Part shown: piece after piece, positions 38,404 through 48,429 of the stretch
How the letters are laid out: every line of letters begins with the position of its first letter
Position numbering within the stretch: position 1 is the first letter of the stretch
Source: Chamaesiphon sp. GL140_3_metabinner_50
Lineage (GTDB): Bacteria > Cyanobacteriota > Cyanobacteriia > Cyanobacteriales > Chamaesiphonaceae
DNA: 48,708 bases
Assembly (NCBI RefSeq): GCF_025361915.1
Contig: NZ_JANYJC010000263.1
Location: 1 to 48,708 of the forward strand
Direction: 5' to 3'
Program-made: the position numbers and the translations under genes
Notes under the pieces: generated by a model
Databases searched by the model: none
The model's input: only the letters and a program-made list of their open reading frames with translations
Told to the model about the DNA's origin: nothing

Positions 38404-39732
38404 CTACCCCTTAACTAGCTGCTTAATTTTCTGGACTGTCTCTAAATACTGACTGTCTTTGCCTTGTTTTTGATACAGTTCGGCGGCGGTGACATAACTT
38501 GCCACTGCGCTGCGATTGTCGCCGAGTTGATGGTAGGCAAAGGCGCGACGGGTATAGGTCTCAGCCTCGTCAGGAGTGAGTGCGATCGCGCGATCGTAAT
38601 CTTTTAATGCACTTTGACAATTTTTTAATTCACACCAGGCAACTCCCCGCCCGACATAAGCTGATGAAATGTTGGGTTCGAGGGTGATTGCCAGATCGAA
38701 GTCGGATTTGGCACCTTGCCAATTAGCCAGCAAATTGCGGCTGTTACCGCGATGGAGATATGCCTCGGCATGTTGGGGCTTAACTTCGATGGCGCGCGTG
38801 TAGTCGGCTTCAGCTCCTTGCCAATCTTTAGTCAAACTTCGGGCAATCCCGCGCCGGAAATAGATTTCATCAAATTGGGGATTGAGTACCAGAGCGCGAT
38901 TATAGTCGGCGATCGCATTTTGATAGTCGCCCTTTTGAGATTTTTCTTGAGCGGCGATAAAAAAATCGTCGGCTGTGGGCTGCGACGATTTGGGGACTGG
39001 ATTTTGTCGCTCGATCTCGACATTTAGCTGACTGGCGATTTGGGTAAAGGTATCGATCGGAATTGCCAGTCCACTCACGGGTTTGACTCGTTCGCGATTG
39101 CCAGATCGATCGATATTCGGATCGATCGTGCCGACACTTTTACCGTTAATGCCAATTAAATTACCCGCTTCATTAAATAAACCACCACCGCTCATTCCTG
39201 GCAAAATCTCGGCATTGCCAATTGCCAATCCATAGCCGCGATCGCAATCTTGACGACCGATCGCGACAACCGTACCGGGATAAAATCGTAATGACTTAAC
39301 CTGAAAACCCGCTGCAAAAATTCGTTCGCCTCTGGCGATGTTACTAGAATTACCAAGTTCGGCAACGGTATAGTTACGATCGCTCTGAAAAGTCAGGGTA
39401 GCTAAATCGAGTGAATTTGGGGCAATTTTCACCTCACTCGGCGCGATCGTATATTGTTGACGATCGGGTGTAGTAACTGCCACAGGCAGGTTGTAGAGAT
39501 TATTCACCACATGGGCGGCAGTTAAAATCGTATAGGTATTGCCGATCCGTTTAATGATTACTCCCGAACCTTGTCCCGATCGTGTCTCGATCTGCACGAC
39601 TCGATCGATCGCAAAATCTTTAGAAACGATCGGATTTGTGGCAATCTGTGGTGATGCAAGTACGGGGACAATTGGAATTAAGGGCGTAGCGATACTAATC
39701 CCCAACAGAGCGAGTGTAAATTGTTGATGCAT
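38404..39732 (-). CDS. Secreted trypsin-like (S1) serine protease with TPR repeats
   Basis: Signal peptide; TAAHVV, LDLA, GMSGG triad; C-terminal TPRs. Confidence 0.92.
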   Translation of the reverse strand: MHQQFTLALLGISIATPLIPIVPVLASPQIATNPIVSKDFAIDRVVQIETRSGQGSGVIIKRIGNTYTILTAAHVVNNLYNLPVAVTTPDRQQYTIAPSEVKIAPNSLDLATLTFQSDRNYTVAELGNSSNIARGERIFAAGFQVKSLRFYPGTVVAIGRQDCDRGYGLAIGNAEILPGMSGGGLFNEAGNLIGINGKSVGTIDPNIDRSGNRERVKPVSGLAIPIDTFTQIASQLNVEIERQNPVPKSSQPTADDFFIAAQEKSQKGDYQNAIADYNRALVLNPQFDEIYFRRGIARSLTKDWQGAEADYTRAIEVKPQHAEAYLHRGNSRNLLANWQGAKSDFDLAITLEPNISSAYVGRGVAWCELKNCQSALKDYDRAIALTPDEAETYTRRAFAYHQLGDNRSAVASYVTAAELYQKQGKDSQYLETVQKIKQLVKG

Positions 39733-39926
39733 TAATTACAGAATGGTTCGCGATAAAGACAGTATCGATCGATTACGCTGCTAGCTCTTCAAGCCTAATG
39801 CCTAAAGGAGGGTATCGACTCATAAAATATAGCCCAAAAAGGTAATTCGGTCTATGCCCGACTAATTCGATCGGCGATCGTTGCCACAGATTGTGCCAAC
39901 ATGAAGATACTAAGAGATCTATCGAT

Positions 39927-39948
39927 TACCTTCGGTAGACTACGCCAA
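39927..39948 (-). mobile_element. 22-nt variant of the HIP1-core-inserted micro-element, copy 5
   Basis: Minus strand CG|TTGGCGTAGTC-TACC-GAA-GGTA|ATCG. Confidence 0.65.
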
Positions 39949-39964
39949 CGATAAGACCTAAATC

Positions 39965-41032
39965 ATGACTGAACTCACTGACAACCAACCACCCATCGAT
40001 ACCGACGCACTCCTGCTGATGTTGCGGCGCAAGGAGCGCAACTGGGTAGAATGGGGTAAAGCTTGCCAGCAACTCCAAAAAGCTGGACTCAAACCCCAAG
40101 AGATTTTTGAAGCGACTGGATTTGAGCCGATCCAGCAAAATCAAATTATTGTTGGTGCTCAAGTTTTTGATAGCATGATTAAAGTTGGGGTAGCTCCAGC
40201 CACAGAAACTCACTACCAACGCATGGGTAGCGATAGTCTCTACGAGCTACGCATTCTGTCTCAAGAAGATCGTGCGTCAACAGCCGACTATCTGTTCAAC
40301 CGCAATATTGACTCTGAAGGCTCGAAAGAAGTCGCCAAGGCATTTAAAGAATTTTCTTACATGCAGCAGCCTCCAGCGGGTTTTACCCACCATCCCGGCG
40401 ATGCTGTTGCTTATCAGTATTGGCGATATATCAAGCAACAAGGCGATCTGACTGAAAAAACCCGGCTAATCGCACGCGGATTGATGTTTGCTCACAGTCA
40501 AAGTGCCCGCAATCAGATTGAAAAATTACTGACAGCCCTCACCGCACCGCCCCAAAAGCCCGCTCCAGCTCTGCCAGTGTACCGATTGCAAGCAGACGAA
40601 GAGTTACCACGGACGATCGCACTCGCGGGAGAATTTCCGATCGCGAGTAGCTCTTTAGCTGATGTACCGCAAATGGCTAGTACTGGATCTTTCCAAATCG
40701 TGCGGAGTACGTGGGCGGCTGGTTGGGTGAGCCTACCCGGTTGGGGCGTGCTGTGTAAAACCGAAAATCCGGTGGCGATTCTGGGCAATAAAGATACTCT
40801 ACCGCCCAAACTAGTCGGTACATCGACTGAAACGATCGTCATTCTCGATCGGAATATCACCGAGTGGAATGAGTTTAACTATTTTGCAGTCGATCGCGAT
40901 GGACAACTAGCGATCGAGTGGTTCGATACTCAACCTACAATTGAGTTACTAGCTCAATTAGTCCTAATCGTGCATCTCAAACGTCCGATCGATCCCGATA
41001 CACCTAAAGATCTCTGGGAACTCGAAGATTAA
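39965..41032 (+). CDS. raf1: Rubisco accumulation factor 1
   Basis: LRRKERNWVEWGKACQQL, IFEATGFEPIQQNQIIVGAQV, LYELRIL, GFTHHPGDAVAY, acidic C-terminus WELED. Confidence 0.95.
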   Translation: MTELTDNQPPIDTDALLLMLRRKERNWVEWGKACQQLQKAGLKPQEIFEATGFEPIQQNQIIVGAQVFDSMIKVGVAPATETHYQRMGSDSLYELRILSQEDRASTADYLFNRNIDSEGSKEVAKAFKEFSYMQQPPAGFTHHPGDAVAYQYWRYIKQQGDLTEKTRLIARGLMFAHSQSARNQIEKLLTALTAPPQKPAPALPVYRLQADEELPRTIALAGEFPIASSSLADVPQMASTGSFQIVRSTWAAGWVSLPGWGVLCKTENPVAILGNKDTLPPKLVGTSTETIVILDRNITEWNEFNYFAVDRDGQLAIEWFDTQPTIELLAQLVLIVHLKRPIDPDTPKDLWELED

Positions 41033-41107
41033 TTGCTGTGGAATTTCTAGTGTTTTAGCGGGGTTTGCTTCGCTACTAGCATAATTTAACGGGAGGAAAA
41101 TTGATTT

Positions 41108-41187
41108 GCTTCGTTCCTACACCGCCCTGAACTGGAAGTTCGGGCTATTAGCCCCAAATTCATTTGAGGGCGGTGCAGGAACGAAGC
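41108..41187. repeat. 21-bp inverted repeat with nested hairpin (possible IS200/IS605-end-derived or REP composite)
   Basis: GCTTCGTTCCTACACCGCCCT / AGGGCGGTGCAGGAACGAAGC, 20/21 complementary. Confidence 0.6.
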
Positions 41188-41226
41188 CAGGAGTCATCAA
41201 GCGGGACAAGGATTCCCGAACTGACG

Positions 41227-41541
41227 TTAAGATAGTAGAAAAGCAACAAATAACCCAACTAATACCAAGATGGGAACTCCGCGAACTAAAATCCCCCAAA
41301 AGCCCATTCTAGTTCGTTCTTCCAGCTTGACATCGACAATTCTCAGTTCCGATTTAATAAATTCAACCTTGCCATCGAGCTTCGTTTCGATATTATTAAT
41401 TCGCCCTTCCATTTTGGTAAATCCCACTCGCACTTCTTCCCGCAATCCGGAGATCGAGGATGTCAGATCGGCGATCGCTTGACTATTTTGCTCGATCGCA
41501 TTTTTTAATTCTTGGATATCTCGATCTGTAGATTCTGTCAC
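41227..41541 (-). CDS. Small coiled-coil protein with C-terminal TM helix
   Basis: Heptad pattern (IQELKNAIE..ISGLREEVRVGFTKMEGRI) plus hydrophobic tail; GTG start. Confidence 0.7.
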   Translation of the reverse strand: MTESTDRDIQELKNAIEQNSQAIADLTSSISGLREEVRVGFTKMEGRINNIETKLDGKVEFIKSELRIVDVKLEERTRMGFWGILVRGVPILVLVGLFVAFLLS

Positions 41542-41646
41542 AATTTTGCCTATAAACTGATGTCGCTAGAGTATCCTTGTCGGTTGGAGCCGATCGGGTG
41601 GATATTATTATTTTATAAGTATTTTCCGCCGCAAAGATATCCGGTG

Positions 41647-43194
41647 TTATCGATCGTGAAGTTGACGGATCGCGATCTCCAGATCCTGAGTAGTATCGAT
41701 CGTGGTGACATAGCTGCGTTCTGCTGGGGTAAAATCTTCCCAAGCGGCTTGCTGACTGGCGAGTAAGTCTACCGTCGCATCAGCAATATCTCCGGTGCGA
41801 TGTGCCAGCCGATCGCGCAATACGGCTTCAGGTGCTGTGCAATGAATTATCTGCAAGGGAATCCCGCGATCGACGGCTAAATTGACCACGGCGGCACGTA
41901 AATCGCGGCAATCGTACTTTGCATCCAAAATCACAGTAAAGCCCTGTAGTGCTAATTTTGCCCCCAGTTCTAACACCCGCTGATAGGTTTTTGCTGTCAT
42001 TTCGGGCGTATACAAACTCGCATCGCCTTTGCTTAAAAGTGAGATCCCACCCAAATGCTTACGTACCGCATCGGAGCGCAGATGTACGCCGCCTAATGCC
42101 ATCGCGATGCGTTTACCTAAAGTACTTTTACCAGCCCCCGATAACCCCGATAGCATTATCAATTTTGGCGGGGTTGGATGCTGCGTATATGCCCAAGCTC
42201 GATGGTAATAGTCTCCCGCTGTTTTGGCTGCGGCTTGGCGATCTGTCGCGGAGATTGCCGGATCGTCGAGTAGAAAGGATGTTACTTTCGCTCGTACATA
42301 CGCCTGACGGCTGAGATAAAAGGGTAATACTTGCAATCCTTCCCAATCGCCTGTTTGTTCGGCGTAGGTATTTAAAAACCGATTGGCAAAATCTTTACGT
42401 CCTCTAGCTTCTAAATCCATCACGGCAAAAGCGATATCATGCATGGTATCGACATAGCGAAATGGTTCGTTAAATTCGATGCAATCAAATAGTAAAATTT
42501 TAGATTGCCACAAACAGATATTTCGCAAGTGTAAATCGCCATGACATTCGCGAATAAATCCGCCAGTTCGACGTTCGTTAAATAACCGATCGCGTTCTAG
42601 TAAGAATCGATCTGTGTATGCTTTAGTTTCGGTAAATTGCTGTTGAGTCTGAGCTAGTCCGATATATGGTTCGGTCTGGCGATAGTTATCGTCAATCGAT
42701 TGTCGAACCCGTTCTACTTCGCCAAAGCTACTAATATAGTCATTCGTCTGGGCGTTAGCATGAAACTGCGCTACAACCGTGCCCATTTCTTCGATTTGGG
42801 CGATCGTCATCGTCCCAGCTTCAAACATATTGCTGAGTAATGTTTTCTGCGGAAATTGCACCATTTTGACAGCATAGTCTACAATCTCGCCATGATTACC
42901 CAGATAGTATTTATTGCCTTGCTTGCCGATCGCTACTACTTCTAAATACAACTCTTTGGCACCACGTTGATTGAGTCGAATTTCTTCATGACAAAAGTGT
43001 TGGCGTTTGGAGATAGTTGAGTAATCTAAGAAGCCAAAATTAACTGGTTTCTTGAGCTTGTACGCAAATTTTCCTGTCAGTAAAACAATTGATGCATGAG
43101 TTTGCATTAATTGAATCGGCATCGTTACCGGATGAGGATAAAAATCCGGTGTCAACATCTGCTGGATTAATTCTGGAATTGCTACGTTCGACAT
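41647..43194 (-). CDS. Bifunctional APH-like kinase / AAA_33 P-loop protein
   Basis: YKLKKPVNFGFLDYST, RECHGDLHLRNI, FDCIEFN; Walker A GLSGAGKS; RSDAVRK. Confidence 0.9.
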   Translation of the reverse strand: MSNVAIPELIQQMLTPDFYPHPVTMPIQLMQTHASIVLLTGKFAYKLKKPVNFGFLDYSTISKRQHFCHEEIRLNQRGAKELYLEVVAIGKQGNKYYLGNHGEIVDYAVKMVQFPQKTLLSNMFEAGTMTIAQIEEMGTVVAQFHANAQTNDYISSFGEVERVRQSIDDNYRQTEPYIGLAQTQQQFTETKAYTDRFLLERDRLFNERRTGGFIRECHGDLHLRNICLWQSKILLFDCIEFNEPFRYVDTMHDIAFAVMDLEARGRKDFANRFLNTYAEQTGDWEGLQVLPFYLSRQAYVRAKVTSFLLDDPAISATDRQAAAKTAGDYYHRAWAYTQHPTPPKLIMLSGLSGAGKSTLGKRIAMALGGVHLRSDAVRKHLGGISLLSKGDASLYTPEMTAKTYQRVLELGAKLALQGFTVILDAKYDCRDLRAAVVNLAVDRGIPLQIIHCTAPEAVLRDRLAHRTGDIADATVDLLASQQAAWEDFTPAERSYVTTIDTTQDLEIAIRQLHDR

Positions 43195-43214
43195 AATTGC
43201 AATGTGATAAATCG

Positions 43215-43249
43215 AAAAACCCCGGTTTCCAATCGGAACCAGGGTTTTT
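43215..43249. repeat. Inverted repeat just upstream of the kinase gene
   Basis: AAAAACCCcGGTT...AACCaGGGTTTTT. Confidence 0.45.
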
Positions 43250-43468
43250 GTGCCAAATACTCAGTTGAAACTATATTTTAGCTGACTAACTTTTTGAGCT
43301 AGATTACTTCGAGAAATAGGGGGTTTAAGACAATCGGTAATGCTATTAAACATTTACTTTCTCCAAAAGCATACCCTAAATTTTCAGGTATGTCAAGCGT
43401 ATTTTGATGTAAATAAACTAGTTATTTTACTAATGTTTGTAATGGTAGCAAATAGCTAACACGATCGC

Positions 43469-45364
43469 TCAAGAAGCATTGTCCCGAATCGGTTGGCAGT
43501 GATAGAGTTGATATTTATAGCCATAAACGCCCTTAGTAAACTTTTTTTTGTCTCGATCGCACGTTGGCGGTAAGCTAGTCGGCGCATAGAAATTAACTAG
43601 CCACAGATCGATCGATCCAGAAAACCGCTCGACAGTTTGGCGAAGTAGTTTAGTTGCAGCACAATCTCGCTCGCAAAATTTCTGAGATTGACTGGCTAAC
43701 AGAAATTTAGTGGTAACACCTGGTTTTTCTTTCACAGCGGCTACTGGTAAAGATCGTAACCGCTCTGTGGGAGATATTATGCCAACCATCGGATCTGCTT
43801 GCTGGAGTTCCCAGGCTAATCCCATCATTTCCCCTACCTGAATCAGACTATTGTGTGTTGTAGCAATTAGTACGGGAATCGGTGCGGATTGCTGAATCAT
43901 CGGCACGATTTGTTCGGTGCGATAATATTTGTGATAACCATAATTGCCCGCGACGATCGCACTACTTACCAATCCCATTAATAGTACAATTTTAACTGCG
44001 CGCGTTCCCGATATCCATTTGGCGATCGACGGTTTGCTGTACCAACAACTCGCTAATCCCAACCCAACGAGCATCACAATGCCTGGAAAATAAACAAAGT
44101 GATACCGTGCGCCGCGCGTGATATCTACCCCAGTCAGCCAGGGTAAGAGTAAATATAACCCGATCGCGCTCGTGGTAAATGTCACGATTGCCATCGTCTC
44201 GATCTGAAACTGTGGCTGTCTGAGCTGCATCCCAATCCCACGATCGAGCATTGGTGTCACCCAGACAAAAAAGATTAGCATCAAAATCGCCGAGCCAATG
44301 ACGATCGGAATATTAAGATCGATCGGATTATCTGAAAAAATCGACAGCGTGGGTAATTCTGTCACTTCTACTAATAATAATGACATCATCGAGATCGACG
44401 CACCGACGATTTGGAAAAAAGGGTTTAAGATTTCGATCGATTTATGAGGTGCATTATCGATCCAGCCAGGTAAAGTGCGATCGACAGTCGTAATTAACAG
44501 CCACAGCCAGACAGACATCCCCGCGATCGTACTCAAAATTGCTACGATTAATTGCCACCATTTCGGCTGCAATCGCCTTTTTTTCGCCATCATGCAAGTG
44601 GCTGGCGGCGGGGGTTGGCAAATTTGTCGCCACCAGACAAATACTAATACGACAGCTTGCGCCAGCAGCGCGATCCCAAATAAGTAATGCGTTCCCATCC
44701 CCAAAATGTTGGCACTCACCCAGATCGTCATCAGGGGGATGGGTAAATTTTGTGCGCTAGTTAAATATCTACAGGCGATCGCCAGACAATTAATAACAAC
44801 GATCGTCCATAAGATCGCTAAACTATAATGACGCGCTTCTTGAGCGATAAATACACCATAGGGCGAAACAGCTAACATCGCCGCTGTCAGATTGGCGATC
44901 GATCGTGCCATTTTGCTGTCATCTTGACGCGATCTAAAGGTTAAATAACTGGCTATATACGCGCACGGAATTGTTAGAACCCCGATGAGTGCGGGTAAAG
45001 CTCTCGCACCCCACAAACTGACTAAACCACCATCGGTGGCAAATAATTTCATCCACAAAAATGCTAGCCCAAAATAAATTGGCGGCTGGCGATCTTCGAT
45101 CGATACTCGCTGAATAATATCACCCAATGTCACGCTGGGATTGGGAATTAATGGTGCGAGTAACTCTGATGAATCGATCGTTCGATCGAGTGGTACCGAT
45201 TGGAAACTATTGCCCAGGCTCAATACCAGCGTTCTAAATTCATCAGCCCACGGGGGTTTACCATCTAAATTAGCAAATCGTAACACAGCCCCCAAAATTA
45301 TCCAAAACATTAGCCACAACAACTGTTGTCGCCAGTGTCTATCTACGATCTTAGCGGCTAGCAT
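43469..45364 (-). CDS. GT-C fold membrane glycosyltransferase (GT39/PMT/ArnT-like)
   Basis: LRFANLDGKPPWADE, QPPIYF, VSPYGVFIAQEARHYSL, THYLF; multiple TMs. Confidence 0.85.
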   Translation of the reverse strand: MLAAKIVDRHWRQQLLWLMFWIILGAVLRFANLDGKPPWADEFRTLVLSLGNSFQSVPLDRTIDSSELLAPLIPNPSVTLGDIIQRVSIEDRQPPIYFGLAFLWMKLFATDGGLVSLWGARALPALIGVLTIPCAYIASYLTFRSRQDDSKMARSIANLTAAMLAVSPYGVFIAQEARHYSLAILWTIVVINCLAIACRYLTSAQNLPIPLMTIWVSANILGMGTHYLFGIALLAQAVVLVFVWWRQICQPPPPATCMMAKKRRLQPKWWQLIVAILSTIAGMSVWLWLLITTVDRTLPGWIDNAPHKSIEILNPFFQIVGASISMMSLLLVEVTELPTLSIFSDNPIDLNIPIVIGSAILMLIFFVWVTPMLDRGIGMQLRQPQFQIETMAIVTFTTSAIGLYLLLPWLTGVDITRGARYHFVYFPGIVMLVGLGLASCWYSKPSIAKWISGTRAVKIVLLMGLVSSAIVAGNYGYHKYYRTEQIVPMIQQSAPIPVLIATTHNSLIQVGEMMGLAWELQQADPMVGIISPTERLRSLPVAAVKEKPGVTTKFLLASQSQKFCERDCAATKLLRQTVERFSGSIDLWLVNFYAPTSLPPTCDRDKKKFTKGVYGYKYQLYHCQPIRDNAS

Positions 45365-45365
45365 A

Positions 45366-45854
45366 CTATACTAATTTATCAATTAATCCCGTAATCGATT
45401 TCTGAATTTTTTGCTTGCGTTGCCAATTTTGGAAAGCGCGATCGTAAGCTTCACCTCGACGCTGATAAAATAATTTCCAGGCATCTAACCCGACACCCAT
45501 ACCCCAGAAAATTAACACATATAAAGACCACGGAATTCCAAACCCTGTCAAAAAATTCAAGGCGACCAAACACGTATTGGTAATTGCATATTTACCAAAT
45601 TTATCTTGAAACTTCGATCGACGATAGGAATCGAATTTTTGCAGCTTGGCACTATCGCCTTGCTGAGTCAGCCAGGTAGTTTCAGCCAGCTTGAGCGTAC
45701 CCGGTGCAATCCGTAATTCGTCAGCTATTTCTAATAACTGAGCGTAAGACAATTCAGTATCGGCACTAGGATGTTGAGCCAGCGCAATGTTCAAAATTTG
45801 TTGGACATCTTCCTGGCTATAGGAGCGAGTTAAGGACTGTTCTGAGGAGTTCAT
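45366..45854 (-). CDS. 2TM-domain protein
   Basis: YSQEDVQQIL..LSYAQLLEIADEL; WSLYVLIFWGMG. Confidence 0.85.
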   Translation of the reverse strand: MNSSEQSLTRSYSQEDVQQILNIALAQHPSADTELSYAQLLEIADELRIAPGTLKLAETTWLTQQGDSAKLQKFDSYRRSKFQDKFGKYAITNTCLVALNFLTGFGIPWSLYVLIFWGMGVGLDAWKLFYQRRGEAYDRAFQNWQRKQKIQKSITGLIDKLV

Positions 45855-45974
45855 AGCCGATCGAACGCACTAATTAATTAGAGGTGAATGGGCACATACC
45901 CATATTTATTATGACATTTCTAATTAGGTGAGGTAGTCTCGACCGCTACCCCAATCGCCGTACTTGACACCATA

Positions 45975-46181
45975 TTAACCCACAATTTTCCACCAGCCCA
46001 AGCTCGGCCCGATCCCCCGCACCATCAACCACCCAAATACTAGCAACCCAATCCCAATCCAAGCTCCCTGAGTGCTAACTCGCACAAATTCCGACGATTG
46101 TGTCGTCGTCAGTGGCAACCACGAGACAATTCGCTTCGATTCGGGTGTTCCTTGTTCTTTCCGCCGTTTTGAATCGCCCAT
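45975..46181 (-). CDS. DUF2839-like small membrane protein
   Basis: MGDSKRRKE...GAWIGIGLL...GIGPSLGWW. Confidence 0.85.
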   Translation of the reverse strand: MGDSKRRKEQGTPESKRIVSWLPLTTTQSSEFVRVSTQGAWIGIGLLVFGWLMVRGIGPSLGWWKIVG

Positions 46182-46287
46182 ATCACCTAGTTTTAATTAA
46201 GCCCTATCTTCAAGCTAGATACGATCGACAGTTGCTGTCAAGCATCTGCAACTTATATTCATCAATCGCGATCTTACCTCTCCAAAA

Positions 46288-46341
46288 AAATATATCTCTC
46301 GATCGACTGCTAGCATTTAGGATCGATCGAGAGATATATTT
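46288..46341. repeat. Perfect 19-bp inverted repeat
   Basis: AAATATATCTCTCGATCGA-N16-TCGATCGAGAGATATATTT. Confidence 0.75.
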
Positions 46342-46563
46342 ACATTATAAATAATTAAGTGATTTCTGGAAATTCTCCCATAATATTGTCTGAACTTTGA
46401 TTAGCACGATCGACTGATAGACTGTGATGGACTGCTGTCCGATCGTCAAAGTCCATCATATTTATCAGATAAATCATAGTTCAGACGGTATATTCTCGAT
46501 CGAAAATCACCTTAGCTGTTTTCAGCAATTTGCTGCACATTTTTAGACAAATGTCAACCTAAC

Positions 46564-47736
46564 TTAATATTCCAGTACCGAAGCATCGACTTCGCGACTC
46601 CAAGCCTGAATGCCACCTTTAACATTAGTCCCCTCAATCCCAGCTTCCTTGAGAATAGACAGAGCTTTCGCCGAGCGTCCGCCCATTTTACAATGAGCGA
46701 TGAGGCGATGACCATTCAGAGCGGCTTTAACCTGCTCGATGCCTTTACCCTGCTCGATGTCTGGTAGCGGAATCAAAATCGAGCCAGGAATTTTGGCAAT
46801 ATCGTACTCGTTCGGGTTGCGAACGTCAATCAGGACAAAATCATCAGCACCGCTATCGATTAAGGCTTTGAGTTCCGTCACTGTCATTTCTGCTAACATA
46901 CTTTGTTGCTCGGCTTCAGCCGCTTTCGCTTGAGGAATTCCACAGAACATTTCGTAATCGATTAATTTCTCAATCACCGGACGCACGGGGTTCGGGCGTA
47001 ATTTCAGCTCGCGGAACTTCATTTCTAGGGCATTATATAACACCAACCGACCGCTAAGTGTCGTTCCTTGACCGAGAATAATCTTGACTGTTTCCGTTGC
47101 CTGAATCACCCCGATAATGCCACAGAGGATACCTAAAACACCACCTTCAGCACACGAAGGTACCATTCCTGGTGGCGGGGGTTCTGGATACAAATCGCGA
47201 TAGTTTGGCCCACCCTGATAGTTAAAGACTGTCGCCTGTCCTTCAAATCGGAAAATCGACCCATACACATTGGGCTTATCTAATAAAACACAAGCATCGT
47301 TAACCAGATAGCGCGTGGGGAAGTTATCTGTCCCATCGACGACGATATCGTATGGACGCATAATATCGAGCGCATTATCAGCACTCAAAGCTGTTTCGTA
47401 GAGGTCTACTTGACAGTAAGGATTGATTTCATGAATCCGGTTTTTCGCCGATTCAATTTTGGGTTTGCCCACCCAAGAGGTACCGTGAATGACCTGACGC
47501 TGGAGGTTGGAATGATCTACCACATCAAAATCGACAATGCCCAGCCGACCGACACCAGCCGCCGCCAAATAGAGTAACAACGGCGAACCGAGTCCCCCCG
47601 TACCGACGCACAGAACACTGGCGGCTTTGAGGCGTTTTTGACCGTCTAGACCGACTTCTGGGAGAATGAGATGCCGCGAATAGCGGGCATATTCTTCTGG
47701 TAATAACTGGATTTCGTCCAGGTTAGGATCGAGCAT
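46564..47736 (-). CDS. moeB: Molybdopterin-synthase adenylyltransferase with rhodanese domain (MoeB/MoeZ)
   Basis: RYSRHLIL, VGTGGLG, SNLQRQ, DGTDNF, SCAEGGVLG; rhodanese HCKMGGRS. Confidence 0.95.
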   Translation of the reverse strand: MLDPNLDEIQLLPEEYARYSRHLILPEVGLDGQKRLKAASVLCVGTGGLGSPLLLYLAAAGVGRLGIVDFDVVDHSNLQRQVIHGTSWVGKPKIESAKNRIHEINPYCQVDLYETALSADNALDIMRPYDIVVDGTDNFPTRYLVNDACVLLDKPNVYGSIFRFEGQATVFNYQGGPNYRDLYPEPPPPGMVPSCAEGGVLGILCGIIGVIQATETVKIILGQGTTLSGRLVLYNALEMKFRELKLRPNPVRPVIEKLIDYEMFCGIPQAKAAEAEQQSMLAEMTVTELKALIDSGADDFVLIDVRNPNEYDIAKIPGSILIPLPDIEQGKGIEQVKAALNGHRLIAHCKMGGRSAKALSILKEAGIEGTNVKGGIQAWSREVDASVLEY

Positions 47737-48014
47737 AGCTAGTTTAGTTAAAGCTGATGATTGGTGAGTTCAACAGCGATCGCCAAGAGGTTTGGTATCT
47801 AGAAACTAGCACTCTGACCGTCGCCGTTTGCATTGGGGTAAGCTTGCTGTCAGGTACAGCCTTAACTTGAGCCAATTCGGTCTCTAACAGATGTCTGAAA
47901 ATTTGACACTGTTTACCAGACTGATGCTTTATATTCTACCTCGTTTGCGGAGCATCTTCTTAGCAGAATGTTTGAAAATTCTCGATGCCAGCATACTTGG
48001 GATCTTCAGCTCAA

Positions 48015-48046
48015 AATCGGGATACATCCTAAGATATATCCCGATT
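48015..48046 (-). terminator. Hairpin after rpmA
   Basis: AATCGGGATACATC...GATATATCCCGATT, followed by a short T-run on the minus strand. Confidence 0.65.
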
Positions 48047-48070
48047 CGATCTCTAAATTAAATAATATTT

Positions 48071-48337
48071 CTAAGCTGCGACAGCGACTGGGTAAACGCT
48101 AATTTTTTTACCGTTTTTGCCTCTGCGCTCGAAAGTGACAACACCATCAACTAGAGCGTAGATGGTATAGTCTTTACCCAAACCGACATTATTGCCAACG
48201 TGGAAAGACGAACCGCGTTGACGAACGATGATGTTGCCAGCTTTGACTACTTCACCACCATACTTTTTGACACCCAATCTCTGGGCATTTGAGTCTCTGC
48301 CGTTTCTAGTACTACCCGTACCCTTCTTAGAAGCCAT
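48071..48337 (-). CDS. rpmA: 50S ribosomal protein L27
   Basis: [24 protein letters not shown]...RQRG. Confidence 0.98.
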   Translation of the reverse strand: MASKKGTGSTRNGRDSNAQRLGVKKYGGEVVKAGNIIVRQRGSSFHVGNNVGLGKDYTIYALVDGVVTFERRGKNGKKISVYPVAVAA

Positions 48338-48429
48338 AATTACCTCGGATTACTAAAATTATATTACTATCGCTCCCTTCCTGGAAGGGGCTGGGGGCGA
48401 TCCACTGAGAACCAACTAAGTGTAAGTTC

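Noticed and set aside
47737-48010. Possible Moco or other riboswitch upstream of moeB
   Set aside because: Only weak hairpins are present and no aptamer consensus is recognisable by eye; an Rfam scan would be needed.
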